Shown in pieces: positions 39,365 through 49,015 of a DNA stretch of 64,000 bases. Positions within the stretch are counted from its first letter, which is position 1. The number at the start of each line of letters is the position of its first letter. The position numbers and the translations under genes were made by a program. The notes beneath the pieces are model-generated. The model was not told the origin of the DNA and made no database searches. It saw nothing but the letters and a program-made list of their open reading frames with translations. The stretch covers positions 86,045 to 150,044 of the forward strand of contig CANFQO010000002.1 of the NCBI GenBank assembly GCA_947449135.1, given 5' to 3'. The DNA comes from Planctomycetaceae bacterium (GTDB taxonomy: Bacteria; Planctomycetota; Planctomycetia; Pirellulales; UBA1268).

Positions 39365-39593
39365 ATCCGTGAGGGGCTGCCCATGGCCCGGGAGCCGGCG
39401 TTGCTGACCAGCGTAGGCAAGAGATTGGGAGCCGTGCTCTGCACGGCTCTTGTAAGCCGGAGCCGACGCCGGGACGGCGGCGACGGCGCGACAGCCGCCA
39501 GCCGAAGCGCAGTCAGCATCGAGTGAGCGAAGGCCAGGATGGCCGTAGCGAACGTCCGGCGACGGGGCACGGGCAGCCCCGAACCGTCGCCAG
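39365..39593 (-). repeat. Structured intergenic repeat, copy 3 (inverted, expanded apex)
   Basis: The plus strand shows ATCCGTGA-GGGGCTGCCCATG (39365-39385) and CACGGGCAGCCCC-GAACCGTCGCCAG (39568-39593). Its reverse complement matches the core of copies 1 and 2. The apex is 103 nt versus 26-27 nt in copies 1 and 2. Confidence 0.85.
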
Positions 39594-39679
39594 ATCATCA
39601 AAGCGGAGCCTATCCCGGCGGTGCACCATCAACGGGTCGGTTTGACGGTTGTTCTCCATCGCTTTTACATTCACGGTGC

Positions 39680-40963
39680 ATGAACGCATCCATTCCAGCC
39701 GTGGTCTGCCTGTTGATCGGCCTACTCATGGCCGGCTGCAGGCCCGCCGATCCCACGCTCGTCACCATTGTTTCCAGCCTGCCGAGAACCGGCAGCGCGA
39801 AGCAGCAGTCGGATACGATCGTGCGTGGCATCCGCATGGCGTTCGAGGAGGCCGAAGGCAGGGTCGGGCCGTATCGAGTGGAGTATCTCGACCTCGACGA
39901 TTCAACGGCCGCAGCTGGACAGTGGACGAGCGAGGCCGAGGCGGCCAATGCCCGCCGCGCCCTTCAGGATCCCGACGTGGTCGCCTACATCGGCACGTTC
40001 AATTCCGGCGCCGCGAAGGTGTCGATGCCAATCCTCAACCTGGGCGACCTGCTGATGGTGTCGCCGGCCAACACGGCCGTGGGGCTCACGAAGCCAGGGC
40101 TTGGAGCGCCGGGAGAGCCCGACGTCTACCGGCCCACGGGACGTCTCAACTACGCGCGGGTCGTGCCTGCCGACGACCTGCAGGGGCCTCTGTCGGCCGA
40201 TTGGGCCAAACGCCGCGGCGTGAAGACCGTCTGCATTCTTGACGACAATGAGGTCTACGGGAAAGGCCTCGCCGATCTCTTTGACGAGCGGTGCCGGGAG
40301 ATCGGCATCGAGGTGCTGGGGCACGACTCGATCGACGCCAAGGCGCAGGAATTCAAGTCATTGATGGCGAGCATCAAGGCAGCGAAGCCCGACCTCGTCT
40401 ACTTTGGCGGCACCACGCAGAGCAAAGGGGGGCAACTCGCCAAGGATATGGCAAGCGCCGGCATCGGGGCGCTGCTCCTGGTGCCAGATGGCTGCCGCGA
40501 ACAGGTGTTCATCGATTCGGCCGGGGCCGCCAACCTGGAGGGGCGTTGCTTCGTCACCTTCGGAGGCCTGCCTCCGGAGAAGCTCACCGGCAAGGGAAAA
40601 ACATTCGTGGACCGGTATCGAGCCAAGTATCACGAAACGCCAGAGGCCTACGCTGTCTACGGCTATGAAGCTGGCTGCGTGGTACTCGAGGCGATCCGAA
40701 AGGCTGGCACGAAGGACCGCCGCGCTATCTCCGACGCAGCCCTGGCAATCCGCGACTTCGACGGTGCTCTCGGGCACTGGGGCTTCGACGCGAACGGTGA
40801 CACGACCATGCGAACGCTGACGGTGAGCGTCGTGAAAAACGGCCGCTTTGAGTTCGAGGAGATCCTCGATGTCGACGCCCATGCGGAAGTGGATGGGGCC
40901 GATGAAGACCCACCCGGTGACGCGGCCGCAAATGGTGCTGCACCGGCGGAGCCCGCGCTGTAA
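39680..40963 (+). CDS. Branched-chain amino acid ABC transporter substrate-binding lipoprotein (LivK/LivJ-like)
   Basis: Lipobox LMAGC, a type I periplasmic-binding-protein layout, and position first in a livHMGF operon. ATG 39680. ORF-track start 39539 reads through the repeat and is rejected. Confidence 0.8.
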   Translation: MNASIPAVVCLLIGLLMAGCRPADPTLVTIVSSLPRTGSAKQQSDTIVRGIRMAFEEAEGRVGPYRVEYLDLDDSTAAAGQWTSEAEAANARRALQDPDVVAYIGTFNSGAAKVSMPILNLGDLLMVSPANTAVGLTKPGLGAPGEPDVYRPTGRLNYARVVPADDLQGPLSADWAKRRGVKTVCILDDNEVYGKGLADLFDERCREIGIEVLGHDSIDAKAQEFKSLMASIKAAKPDLVYFGGTTQSKGGQLAKDMASAGIGALLLVPDGCREQVFIDSAGAANLEGRCFVTFGGLPPEKLTGKGKTFVDRYRAKYHETPEAYAVYGYEAGCVVLEAIRKAGTKDRRAISDAALAIRDFDGALGHWGFDANGDTTMRTLTVSVVKNGRFEFEEILDVDAHAEVDGADEDPPGDAAANGAAPAEPAL

Positions 40964-41005
40964 AACTCTCGCACGACAGCCGTCCCGTTTTCTGAAAGCC
41001 CGCCC

Positions 41006-41923
41006 GTGTCTGTCCAGTTCTTCCTTCAACAGTGCCTGATCGGACTGACCAACGGCGCGCTCGTGGCGCTCGTAGCGCTCGGCTACACGATGGTCTACGG
41101 GATCATCGGCCTGATCAATTTTGCCCACGGTGACCTGATCATGCTGGGGGCCTGTCTGGCTCTGTCGCTGGTCACGGCGTTCGGGCTTGCGACGGCGGGG
41201 CCGACGGCCACGTGGCTGGGCATCGCGATGCTGGTCGTGGCCTGCGGCCTGTTTTGCGGCACGCTGAATGTCTGTGTCGACCGGATCGTCTACAAGCCGC
41301 TGCGGAACGCCCCCAAGCTCGCTCCGCTCGTCTCTGCGATCGGTGTGTCGTTCATCTTCATGAACATCGGTCTGTTCTGGCTCGGCCCTTCCGACCGTTC
41401 GTTTCCCGAACTGCTCCCCTCCACAAACCTGCTCCCGGGCGATGGGCTGCAGTTCACCTGGAAGGACCTGCTCGTCCTCGTCGTCGTCGTGCCACTGATG
41501 CTCGGTCTGTCGCTTCTCGTTCGGACGACCCGGCTGGGCAGGGCGATGCGGGCGGTGTCGCAGGATCCGACCGCGGCGGCGCTGGTGGGCGTGGATGTCG
41601 ACCGTGTGATCGCCGCGACATTCTTCATCGGCGGGGCGCTCGGTGGGGCGGCGAGCGTGATCTATGGGCTCTACATCAACACCATCGGCTTCCAGATGGG
41701 ATTTCAGAATGGCCTCTATGCCTTCACTGCCGCAGTGCTCGGCGGCATCGGCAGCATCCCGGGGGCGGTCGTCGGAGGCCTGGTCATCGGGTTCGTTCGC
41801 TCACTGTCGAGCGCGTATGTCGGTGAGCGGTGGACCGGCGCAATCGTGTTTGCGATCCTGATCGTGATCCTTGTATTCCGGCCGGAAGGCCTGCTGGGAC
41901 GCCGGACGAAGGAGAAGGTATGA
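41006..41923 (+). CDS. livH: Branched-chain amino acid ABC transporter permease
   Basis: LivH-type N-terminus FLQQCLIGLTNGALVALVALGYTMVYG. GTG start at 41006. Polytopic. Confidence 0.85.
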   Translation: MSVQFFLQQCLIGLTNGALVALVALGYTMVYGIIGLINFAHGDLIMLGACLALSLVTAFGLATAGPTATWLGIAMLVVACGLFCGTLNVCVDRIVYKPLRNAPKLAPLVSAIGVSFIFMNIGLFWLGPSDRSFPELLPSTNLLPGDGLQFTWKDLLVLVVVVPLMLGLSLLVRTTRLGRAMRAVSQDPTAAALVGVDVDRVIAATFFIGGALGGAASVIYGLYINTIGFQMGFQNGLYAFTAAVLGGIGSIPGAVVGGLVIGFVRSLSSAYVGERWTGAIVFAILIVILVFRPEGLLGRRTKEKV

Positions 41924-43032
41924 CGTCCATTCCGTCCAACGTGCAGCAGCCGAACGCCGCCGCGACCGGATGGGCGGGCATGTGGGACTTCGTGCGTGAG
42001 CGGTGGGACCTCGTGGCGCTGGTAGTGCTGGCGGTGGCGCCACTCGTGGTGCCGGCGCTCGGTGGCGCGCTCGGCGGGCAGGTGACCACGCTGTTCATCT
42101 ACTGCATTTTGGCGCTCGGGCTCAACGTGATGGTGGGCTACACGGGGCTGGTGCATCTCGGGATCGCGTCGTTCTTCGGCATCGGGGCATACCTGCTGGC
42201 GATCCTCACGGTGCCGATGTATCCGTTCCAGATCGGGTTCCTGGCGGCAACGATCGTGAGCGTGTTGGCCACGGCCGGCATCGGACTGGCCCTGGGCGCT
42301 CCGACGCTCCGGCTGCGGGGTGATTACTTGGCCATCGTGACGCTCGGGTTCGGGGAAGTGGTGAAGGTGACGCTCCGCAACCTCGAGCAGATCACTGGCG
42401 GCATGAAGGGGCTCAACCCTGTGCCGCCCCCGGGTGCAGGAGTAAAGATCGCTGGTATCGATCTTGGTCTCGAGTTTGCCATCGATCCGCGGTGGTTCTA
42501 TTACCTGTCCCTGCTGCTGCTGGCTGGCGTCGTGGTGGCGATGCGGAGGCTGGAACAGTCGCGGCTCGGTCGCGCGTGGGTGGCTGTCCGCGAGGATGAA
42601 CTGGCCGCCTCTGCGATGGGCATTTCGGCGACGCGGGTCAAGCTCTCGGCATTCGCCATGTCGTCGGCGGTGGCCGGACTGGCGGGCTGCCTCTACGCCG
42701 CCAGTCTCTCGACCACCGCCGATCCCAACGCGTACGACTTCAACCGCTCGATCATGGTGCTCTGTGCTGTCATCCTCGGCGGTCTTGGGAGCATTCCCGG
42801 CACGATCCTGGGCGTGGCGATCCTTGTCGGCTTCGACACGGTGCTGGCGCCATGGGCGGATTCATGGATTCAGCAGATGAACATCAATCCATCGGGATCA
42901 AGCCTGCTCTCCTTTAGTGGGTGGCGCCTGGCTGTGTTTGGGCTGGCGCTGGTGCTGGTGATGCGTTACAGGCCGGAGGGGCTCGTTCCCTCACGTCGCC
43001 TGGCCGCCGAACTCCACGAGGGGCACGCATGA
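41920..43032 (+). CDS. livM: Branched-chain amino acid ABC transporter permease
   Basis: Polytopic LivM-like permease. ATG 41920 overlaps the livH stop (ATGA). Confidence 0.85.
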   Translation: MTSIPSNVQQPNAAATGWAGMWDFVRERWDLVALVVLAVAPLVVPALGGALGGQVTTLFIYCILALGLNVMVGYTGLVHLGIASFFGIGAYLLAILTVPMYPFQIGFLAATIVSVLATAGIGLALGAPTLRLRGDYLAIVTLGFGEVVKVTLRNLEQITGGMKGLNPVPPPGAGVKIAGIDLGLEFAIDPRWFYYLSLLLLAGVVVAMRRLEQSRLGRAWVAVREDELAASAMGISATRVKLSAFAMSSAVAGLAGCLYAASLSTTADPNAYDFNRSIMVLCAVILGGLGSIPGTILGVAILVGFDTVLAPWADSWIQQMNINPSGSSLLSFSGWRLAVFGLALVLVMRYRPEGLVPSRRLAAELHEGHA

Positions 43033-44372
43033 ACCGTCAGCCTGAACCACATGAGTCCGCCGCCGGCATCGCCCTGCGCGACATCGGCTCGCCCCTGCTC
43101 GATGTGGATCGGGTGACGGTGCGGTTTGGCGGGCTGGTGGCGGTGTCGGAACTCGATCTCTCGGTGCCGGCGGGGAGTATCGTTTCGCTCATCGGCCCCA
43201 ACGGCGCCGGCAAGACGACCGCATTCAACACCATCAGCGGCATCTATGCGCCCACGAGCGGATCGGTGCGGTTCGAGGGCCGCAGGCTGGAGCGGTCGTT
43301 CACTGCAGGTACGTTCTGGTCTGCGATGGGCGTCGGATTGCTCACGGGTTTGCTCTTCTCCGCTGCCGCTGTCGATGTCGACAGGCTGTGGCTGGCGGTG
43401 GTGAAGCGGGGCATGATTACAGGCGACCCGTTCACGCTGTCGGGCGCTGCCGAGCGGCTCCGCGGTTACTTCCGTGCCGAGTTGGCGATCGACCAGATGG
43501 CCGGCAAGTGGCGGGTGGTCAGTGCCGACGGCGCAGATGTGCTGGCCATCAAGCGAGATCTTGCCGAGGCCAAGGCGGTCCGCGATGCGCTGCAAGCGGA
43601 GGTGACGGCCCGACGCGCGGGACCGGGTACGGTGCCCCACACGACCGACCTGGCCGGCGTGCCGGAGTCGGCAGCGGCGAGGCCGCTGGTGAAGGAGGAG
43701 GTGCTCGATCGACTGGCCGCCGGCAAGGCCCGCGTCCGGCGACGTGGCTGGATCGGTTTGGTGGCGGGGTGGATTCTCGGCACCGCCGGCACGCTTGCCG
43801 TGTGGAGCCGGGGGCGTCGGTCTCCGCATGTGGTGGCCCGCGCCGGCATTTCGCGGACGTTCCAGAACATCCGGCTCTTCTCCAACATGACCGTGCTGGA
43901 AAACGTCCTTGTCGGCCTCGATCGCACCATTCCCGGAGGCGTGCCGGCCATGCTTTTCCGTTCGCCTGCGAACCGGCGTGCCGAGGCGGCAGCGCAGGCC
44001 ACAGCGGTCGAATCGCTCCACTTCGTGGGACTGGCCGGCGATGCCAACCGGATCGCGGGCCAACTTCCCTACGGCGACCAGCGCCGGCTCGAGATTGCAC
44101 GGGCCATCGCCACGGGCGCCAAACTGATCCTGCTCGACGAACCGGCTGCCGGCATGAACCCATCTGAAACGGACGATCTCGCGCGCCTGATCGAGCGAAT
44201 CCGGGATCGCGGCGTGACGGTGCTGCTCATCGAGCATCACATGAACGTGGTGATGCGAATCAGCGACCGCGTGGCGGTGCTCGACCATGGCGTGAAGATC
44301 GCCGAGGGCACGCCGGCCGAGGTGCGGCGGGACGAGAAGGTGATCGAGGCCTACCTGGGCAGCGAGGCGTGA
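43029..44372 (+). CDS. livG: Branched-chain amino acid ABC transporter ATP-binding protein with a ~180-aa internal insertion
   Basis: Walker A GPNGAGKTT, Q-loop RTFQN, signature LPYGDQRRLEIARA, Walker B LILLDEPAAGMN, H-loop LIEHHM. ATG 43029 overlaps the livM stop (ATGA). It is 447 aa versus about 255 aa for canonical LivG. Confidence 0.8.
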   Translation: MNRQPEPHESAAGIALRDIGSPLLDVDRVTVRFGGLVAVSELDLSVPAGSIVSLIGPNGAGKTTAFNTISGIYAPTSGSVRFEGRRLERSFTAGTFWSAMGVGLLTGLLFSAAAVDVDRLWLAVVKRGMITGDPFTLSGAAERLRGYFRAELAIDQMAGKWRVVSADGADVLAIKRDLAEAKAVRDALQAEVTARRAGPGTVPHTTDLAGVPESAAARPLVKEEVLDRLAAGKARVRRRGWIGLVAGWILGTAGTLAVWSRGRRSPHVVARAGISRTFQNIRLFSNMTVLENVLVGLDRTIPGGVPAMLFRSPANRRAEAAAQATAVESLHFVGLAGDANRIAGQLPYGDQRRLEIARAIATGAKLILLDEPAAGMNPSETDDLARLIERIRDRGVTVLLIEHHMNVVMRISDRVAVLDHGVKIAEGTPAEVRRDEKVIEAYLGSEA

Positions 44373-44392
44373 GCCCCGCCGGAGCGAGAAGC

Positions 44393-45112
44393 ATGGAGCC
44401 CCCGATGCTGGAGGTCGAGAATATCGAGGCAGGCTACGGCCCAATCCGCGCGCTCGACGGAGTGTCGCTGGAAGTCGCCGCCGGCGAACTCGTGGCGATC
44501 ATCGGCGCCAACGGTGCCGGCAAGACGACGCTTCTCATGGCGATCTCAGGGGTCGTGCCAACGCGGGGCGGGGAGGTGCGGTTCGAGGGCCGGTCGGTCA
44601 CGGGGCTCGAACCACACGAGATCGTGCGGCTCGGCATCGGCCATGCGCCGGAGGGCCGCCGGATCTTTCCCCGCCTGACCGTTCGGGAAAACCTCGAACT
44701 CGGCGGTTTCACGCGGTCCGACCGCGCCGAGATGCGACGCGATATCGACGAGATCTGCGGATTGTTTCCGGTGCTAGGGCAGCGCATGGGACAGATGGGA
44801 GGCACGCTCTCGGGAGGCGAGCAGCAGATGCTGGCGTTGGGACGGGCGCTCGTGGGCCGGCCGCGGCTGCTTCTGCTCGACGAGCCGTCATTGGGATTGG
44901 CACCGCTGGTCGTGGCGAAGATTTTCGAGGTGATCGCCAGCCTGTCGGCCCGTGGCATCGCCGTGGTGCTGGTGGAGCAGAATGCCCGGGCAGCCTTAAA
45001 GCTCGCCTCTCGGGGCTACGTCCTCGAAACCGGCCGCATCACGCTCACCGGCAGCGGCACGGAACTGGCCCACGACCGCCGCGTCCGCGATGCGTATTTA
45101 GGCGAAGGGTGA
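44393..45112 (+). CDS. livF: Branched-chain amino acid ABC transporter ATP-binding protein
   Basis: Walker A GANGAGKTT, signature LSGGEQQMLALGRAL, Walker B LLLLDEPSLGLAP. ATG 44393 has a GGAG SD 8 nt upstream; GTG 44369 (GTGA overlap with the livG stop) is an alternative. Confidence 0.85.
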   Translation: MEPPMLEVENIEAGYGPIRALDGVSLEVAAGELVAIIGANGAGKTTLLMAISGVVPTRGGEVRFEGRSVTGLEPHEIVRLGIGHAPEGRRIFPRLTVRENLELGGFTRSDRAEMRRDIDEICGLFPVLGQRMGQMGGTLSGGEQQMLALGRALVGRPRLLLLDEPSLGLAPLVVAKIFEVIASLSARGIAVVLVEQNARAALKLASRGYVLETGRITLTGSGTELAHDRRVRDAYLGEG

Positions 45113-45119
45113 TTCCCAC

Positions 45120-46982
45120 CTACGCAGGGTCACGGCCGGCAACGAGGTCGAGCACCGCGGCACCGAAGTCGGCCAGTCGCTTCTCGCCGATGCCCTTGCA
45201 GCGGAGCAGGGCGGCGGGAGACAAGGGCTTCTCGCGGGCGATGGCCCGCAGCGACTTGTCGTCAAGGATCGTCCAGGCCGGCTTGCCGCGGGCATCGGCC
45301 ACTCGTCGCCGCCACTTGCGGAGCCGCTCGAAGAGATCACGGTCGACCCCCTGCCAGTCGTCGACGTCGGCCTTGGCCTTCCGGGTGGTGCCCGCCCGCG
45401 GCTCGATCAGAACGACCGACCGTTCACCCCGCATCACTTCCCATGATCGCGGATTGAGGGCGACCACGGGGCGGTCGCCGCCGCTCCGCGAGAGCAGGTC
45501 CTGATCGAGCAGTTGATGGACGAGATTCTCGGCCGCCCGCTGATCGAGCGCGGAGAGGAGCCCAAATGTGCTGAGCCGTTCGTGACCGTGCCGCTGGATG
45601 CCCTCAGTCTTTGCGCCCCGCAGTACCTCGCAGACGTGTCGCACGCCAAACCGTTCGCCGACCCGCGCCACGCAGGAGAGAATTTTCTGGGCGGTGACCG
45701 TCGAATCGGGCAGGCTTTCTGTTTCATCGAGGCAGACATCGCAGGCGCCGCAGGGCTCCGTGCCGTAGGCCTGGCCAAAGTATTCGGAGAGTGCGGCATG
45801 GCGGCAGCGGGCGGCCTGGGCATACCGCCGCATCGAGTGGAGGTGGCCGACCTGTCCGGCGATCAGCTTTTCCGCCTCGGCCGGCTCCAGGTCCGACTCC
45901 TCGGCACTCTTGCGGACGAGCGATTCCCAGCTGAAGACGTCGGCCGAGGAGTAGAGCAGCACGCACTCCGCGGCAAGCCCGTCGCGTCCGGCCCGGCCCG
46001 TCTCCTGCTGGTAGGCTTCCAGGCTCTTGGGGAGCGAGGTATGGAGCACGAGGCGGACGTCGGAGCGGTCGATGCCCATGCCGAAGGCGACGGTGGCAAC
46101 GACGACGTCGATCGTTTCACGCGAGAAGGCCTCCTGCGTCTTATGCCGTTCCTTGGTGTCGAGGCCGGCATGGTAGGGACGCGCCAGAATTCCTTCGGCG
46201 GCGAGCCGGGCCGCGAGGCGTTCGGTCTCTTTTCGCGAGATACAGTAGACGATCGAGGCTTCGCCGGCATGGCGGCCGAGCACCTGGAGCGTCTGTGCCA
46301 TCCGGTCGGTCCTCGGCACGACGCGGTAAACGAGATTGGGACGGTCGAAGATCCCAACCAGCACCTCGGGCTCGCGGAGTTGGAGTTGGCTGACGATGTC
46401 GTCGCGGACGCGGGGCGTGGCGGTGGCGGTGAAGGCATGGATGCTGGCCGAAGGGAATCGCTCGCGGAGCAGGGCCAGCTGCCGGTATTCGGGCCGGAAG
46501 TCGTGGCCCCACTGGCTGATGCAGTGGGCTTCGTCGATCGAGAATCGTTTCACGCCCACCTGGGCGAGCAGGTCGAGCAGACCGGAATTCACCAATCGTT
46601 CGGGCGCCGTGAAGAGCAGCCGGAGTTCACCGGCCGCCAACCGATCGCGGATCTGCCGTCGCTCGTCCGGTGACAGTCCCGAGTGAAGCGCCGCGGCGGG
46701 ATAGCCGATCGCCTCCAGGGCATCGACCTGATCCTTCATGAGTGCGACCAGCGGCGAGACGACGACGTCGGTCGTCTCGTTCACCAGTGGCGGCAACTGG
46801 TAGCAGAGGCTTTTTCCACCGCCGGTCGGCATGACGACGAGTGAGTCACGGCCGCCGAGCGCCGCCCGGATGGCGTCGGCCTGGAGCGGCCGCAACGTCT
46901 CGAAGCCCCACCAGCGGGAGAGGATCTCTCGGATGCGGAGGTCGTCGATCGGCTCTGCGGCAGTGTCGGCCGGCCCTGGCAC
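45120..46982 (-). CDS. recQ: ATP-dependent DNA helicase RecQ
   Basis: MPTGGGKSLCYQLP, DEAH box SIDEAHCISQWGHDFRPEY, a Zn-binding Cys cluster (CRH...CGACDVC), and a C-terminal HRDC-like domain (LRAIAREKPLSPAALLRCKGIGEKRLADFG). GTG start at 46982. Confidence 0.9.
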   Translation of the reverse strand: MPGPADTAAEPIDDLRIREILSRWWGFETLRPLQADAIRAALGGRDSLVVMPTGGGKSLCYQLPPLVNETTDVVVSPLVALMKDQVDALEAIGYPAAALHSGLSPDERRQIRDRLAAGELRLLFTAPERLVNSGLLDLLAQVGVKRFSIDEAHCISQWGHDFRPEYRQLALLRERFPSASIHAFTATATPRVRDDIVSQLQLREPEVLVGIFDRPNLVYRVVPRTDRMAQTLQVLGRHAGEASIVYCISRKETERLAARLAAEGILARPYHAGLDTKERHKTQEAFSRETIDVVVATVAFGMGIDRSDVRLVLHTSLPKSLEAYQQETGRAGRDGLAAECVLLYSSADVFSWESLVRKSAEESDLEPAEAEKLIAGQVGHLHSMRRYAQAARCRHAALSEYFGQAYGTEPCGACDVCLDETESLPDSTVTAQKILSCVARVGERFGVRHVCEVLRGAKTEGIQRHGHERLSTFGLLSALDQRAAENLVHQLLDQDLLSRSGGDRPVVALNPRSWEVMRGERSVVLIEPRAGTTRKAKADVDDWQGVDRDLFERLRKWRRRVADARGKPAWTILDDKSLRAIAREKPLSPAALLRCKGIGEKRLADFGAAVLDLVAGRDPA

Positions 46983-47115
46983 GGGTGCACCTGTTTGCGG
47001 GGGCTAGCGTATGGTTATGGGAGCTGGGAATGCCACAGGATAGCAGACCGTCGCGTGACAACGCAGACGGCGCGGAGAAGGAGTCACGTGCGCTGAATGC
47101 GGCTACAATCCGGGC

Positions 47116-48252
47116 ATGCTCTGGGTCGCCTGGAAAATGCTGATCGGAAACCGGGTGAAATACCTCGGTATCGTGTTTGGCGTGATGTTCGCAGCTCTTT
47201 TGATCGCGCAGCAGTCGTCGATCTTCTGCGGGCTGATGTCGCTCACCGTCAGCCAGATCCGCGACGTGGAAGGGCCCGGCATCTGGGTCATGGACAAAAA
47301 CGTCCAGTTCATCGACGACATCAAGCCACTGGCCGACACATGCCTGTTTCGCGTCAAGGGAGTGTCCGGTGTCGAGTGGGCGGTGCGGTTTTACAAGGGC
47401 CTTGCCCGGGCGCGGATGGAGGAGGGTGACTACCATCAGATGATCCTCCTGGGCATGGACGACGCCACGCTGGTCGGCGCACCGCAGGGAGTCTTCATGG
47501 GGTCGATCGCCGACCTTCGCAAGCCTGACGCGGTGATCATGGACGACGCCGGCTACCAGTTGATCTGGCCGGGTGAGCCGTACCGTCTCGGGCGAGTGTT
47601 CGAAATGAACGACCGTCGCGCGGTGCTTGTGGGCCTCACCAAAGCCCTTCGCACGTTCCAGAGTTTCCCCATCATCTACACGCGATACAGCCAAGCGGTG
47701 CTGTTTGCGCCGCCTGAGCGAAAGGTGCTCTCCTTCGTGCTGGCGCAGCCGCAACCTGGCACGGATCCGCAGGAGATCTGCCGGCGGATCGAGGAGCAGA
47801 CCGGCCTTCAGGCCCTCACCCGCAATCAGTTCATCTGGAAGACAATCCACCATTTTCTGATGAAGACCGGCATCCCGGTCAATTTTGCGATCACCGTGTT
47901 CCTCGGGTTTCTGGTGGGGACGGCGATTGCAGGTCAGACCTTCTATCTCTTTACCGTCGAAAACATCCGCCAGTTTGGTGCCCTCAAGGCGATGGGTACG
48001 AGCAACTGGACGATCCTGCTGATGGTGCTCTCGCAGGCCGTGCAGGTGGGCCTGGTGGGTTACGGCATCGGCGTCGGGCTGGCGGCGCTCTTCGGCTGGG
48101 GCAGCCGCGGCTTTACGAAGCTCGCCTTCTTCATGCCCTGGCAGGTGCTGGCCATCACCGCCGTGGCGGTATTTTTCATCGTGCTGCTGGCGAGCCTGCT
48201 CTCGATCCGCAAGGTGCTCGTGGTCGATCCGGCGATTGTGTTCCGCGGGTGA
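47116..48252 (+). CDS. ABC exporter permease, FtsX/DevC-like
   Basis: N-terminus MLWVAWKMLIGNRVKYLGIVFGV, a large extracytoplasmic loop, and C-terminal FtsX-type TM helices. It is followed by a DevA-like ATPase. Confidence 0.7.
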   Translation: MLWVAWKMLIGNRVKYLGIVFGVMFAALLIAQQSSIFCGLMSLTVSQIRDVEGPGIWVMDKNVQFIDDIKPLADTCLFRVKGVSGVEWAVRFYKGLARARMEEGDYHQMILLGMDDATLVGAPQGVFMGSIADLRKPDAVIMDDAGYQLIWPGEPYRLGRVFEMNDRRAVLVGLTKALRTFQSFPIIYTRYSQAVLFAPPERKVLSFVLAQPQPGTDPQEICRRIEEQTGLQALTRNQFIWKTIHHFLMKTGIPVNFAITVFLGFLVGTAIAGQTFYLFTVENIRQFGALKAMGTSNWTILLMVLSQAVQVGLVGYGIGVGLAALFGWGSRGFTKLAFFMPWQVLAITAVAVFFIVLLASLLSIRKVLVVDPAIVFRG

Positions 48253-49004
48253 GTCCGATGTTCAAGACAAACGTTATGACAAGCTCCCGCACCACCGTCG
48301 CCGCCGATACTCCTGACGTGGCGGTGCACGTGCGCGGCGTCACGAAGGAGTTTGGGACCGGCGGTTCGCTGACCCGGGCTCTGCGGGGCGTCGATCTCGA
48401 CGTTTCCTACGGCGAACTCCTCATCCTCGCGGGCCCCAGCGGCTGTGGGAAGACGACACTGGTCTCGATCGTGGCGGGTACGCTCGAACCGTCGGCCGGC
48501 GATGTGGTGGTGCTGGGCAAGGATCTGGTGGCGATGAGCAACGGCCGCAAGGTGCGGTTTCGCCGCGAGAACGTCGGCTTTGTCTTTCAGTCCTACAACC
48601 TTCTGCCGGCACTCACTGCCGCGGAGAATGCCGCCGTGCCGCTTCTGATCGCCGGCTGGCACCGGTCGCGGGCCGTCGAGGCGGCAAGCGAGGTGCTCGA
48701 TAAGCTTGGCCTCGGCGACCGATTGGCGAATCTGCCGAGCGAACTCTCCGGCGGTCAGCAGCAGCGGGTGGCGATCGCCCGGGCGCTGGTGCATGGACCC
48801 CGGCTGCTCGTCTGCGACGAGCCGACGAGTGCCCTCGATGCGGAGAACGGCCGGATCACGATGGAGCTGATCTCGAACATCGCCGTGCAGCCCGACCGGG
48901 CCGTGATCGTGGTCACGCACGACTCGCGGGTCTATTCGTTCGCCGACCGAATCGCGACGATGGAGGACGGCCGCATCGAGAGCGTGGAAGCAGGGCCTGC
49001 CTAG
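48249..49004 (+). CDS. ABC exporter ATP-binding protein (DevA/MacB-NBD-like)
   Basis: Walker A GPSGCGKTT, signature LSGGQQQRVAIARAL, Walker B LLVCDEPTSALD. GTG 48249 overlaps the permease stop (GTGA); ATG 48258 is an alternative. Confidence 0.85.
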   Translation: MSPMFKTNVMTSSRTTVAADTPDVAVHVRGVTKEFGTGGSLTRALRGVDLDVSYGELLILAGPSGCGKTTLVSIVAGTLEPSAGDVVVLGKDLVAMSNGRKVRFRRENVGFVFQSYNLLPALTAAENAAVPLLIAGWHRSRAVEAASEVLDKLGLGDRLANLPSELSGGQQQRVAIARALVHGPRLLVCDEPTSALDAENGRITMELISNIAVQPDRAVIVVTHDSRVYSFADRIATMEDGRIESVEAGPA

Positions 49005-49015
49005 CGGGCCGTGCC

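Noticed and set aside
42966-44444. 492-aa minus-strand ORF opposite livG/livF
   Set aside because: It is antisense to ABC ATPase genes with complete Walker and signature motifs. It is a shadow ORF.
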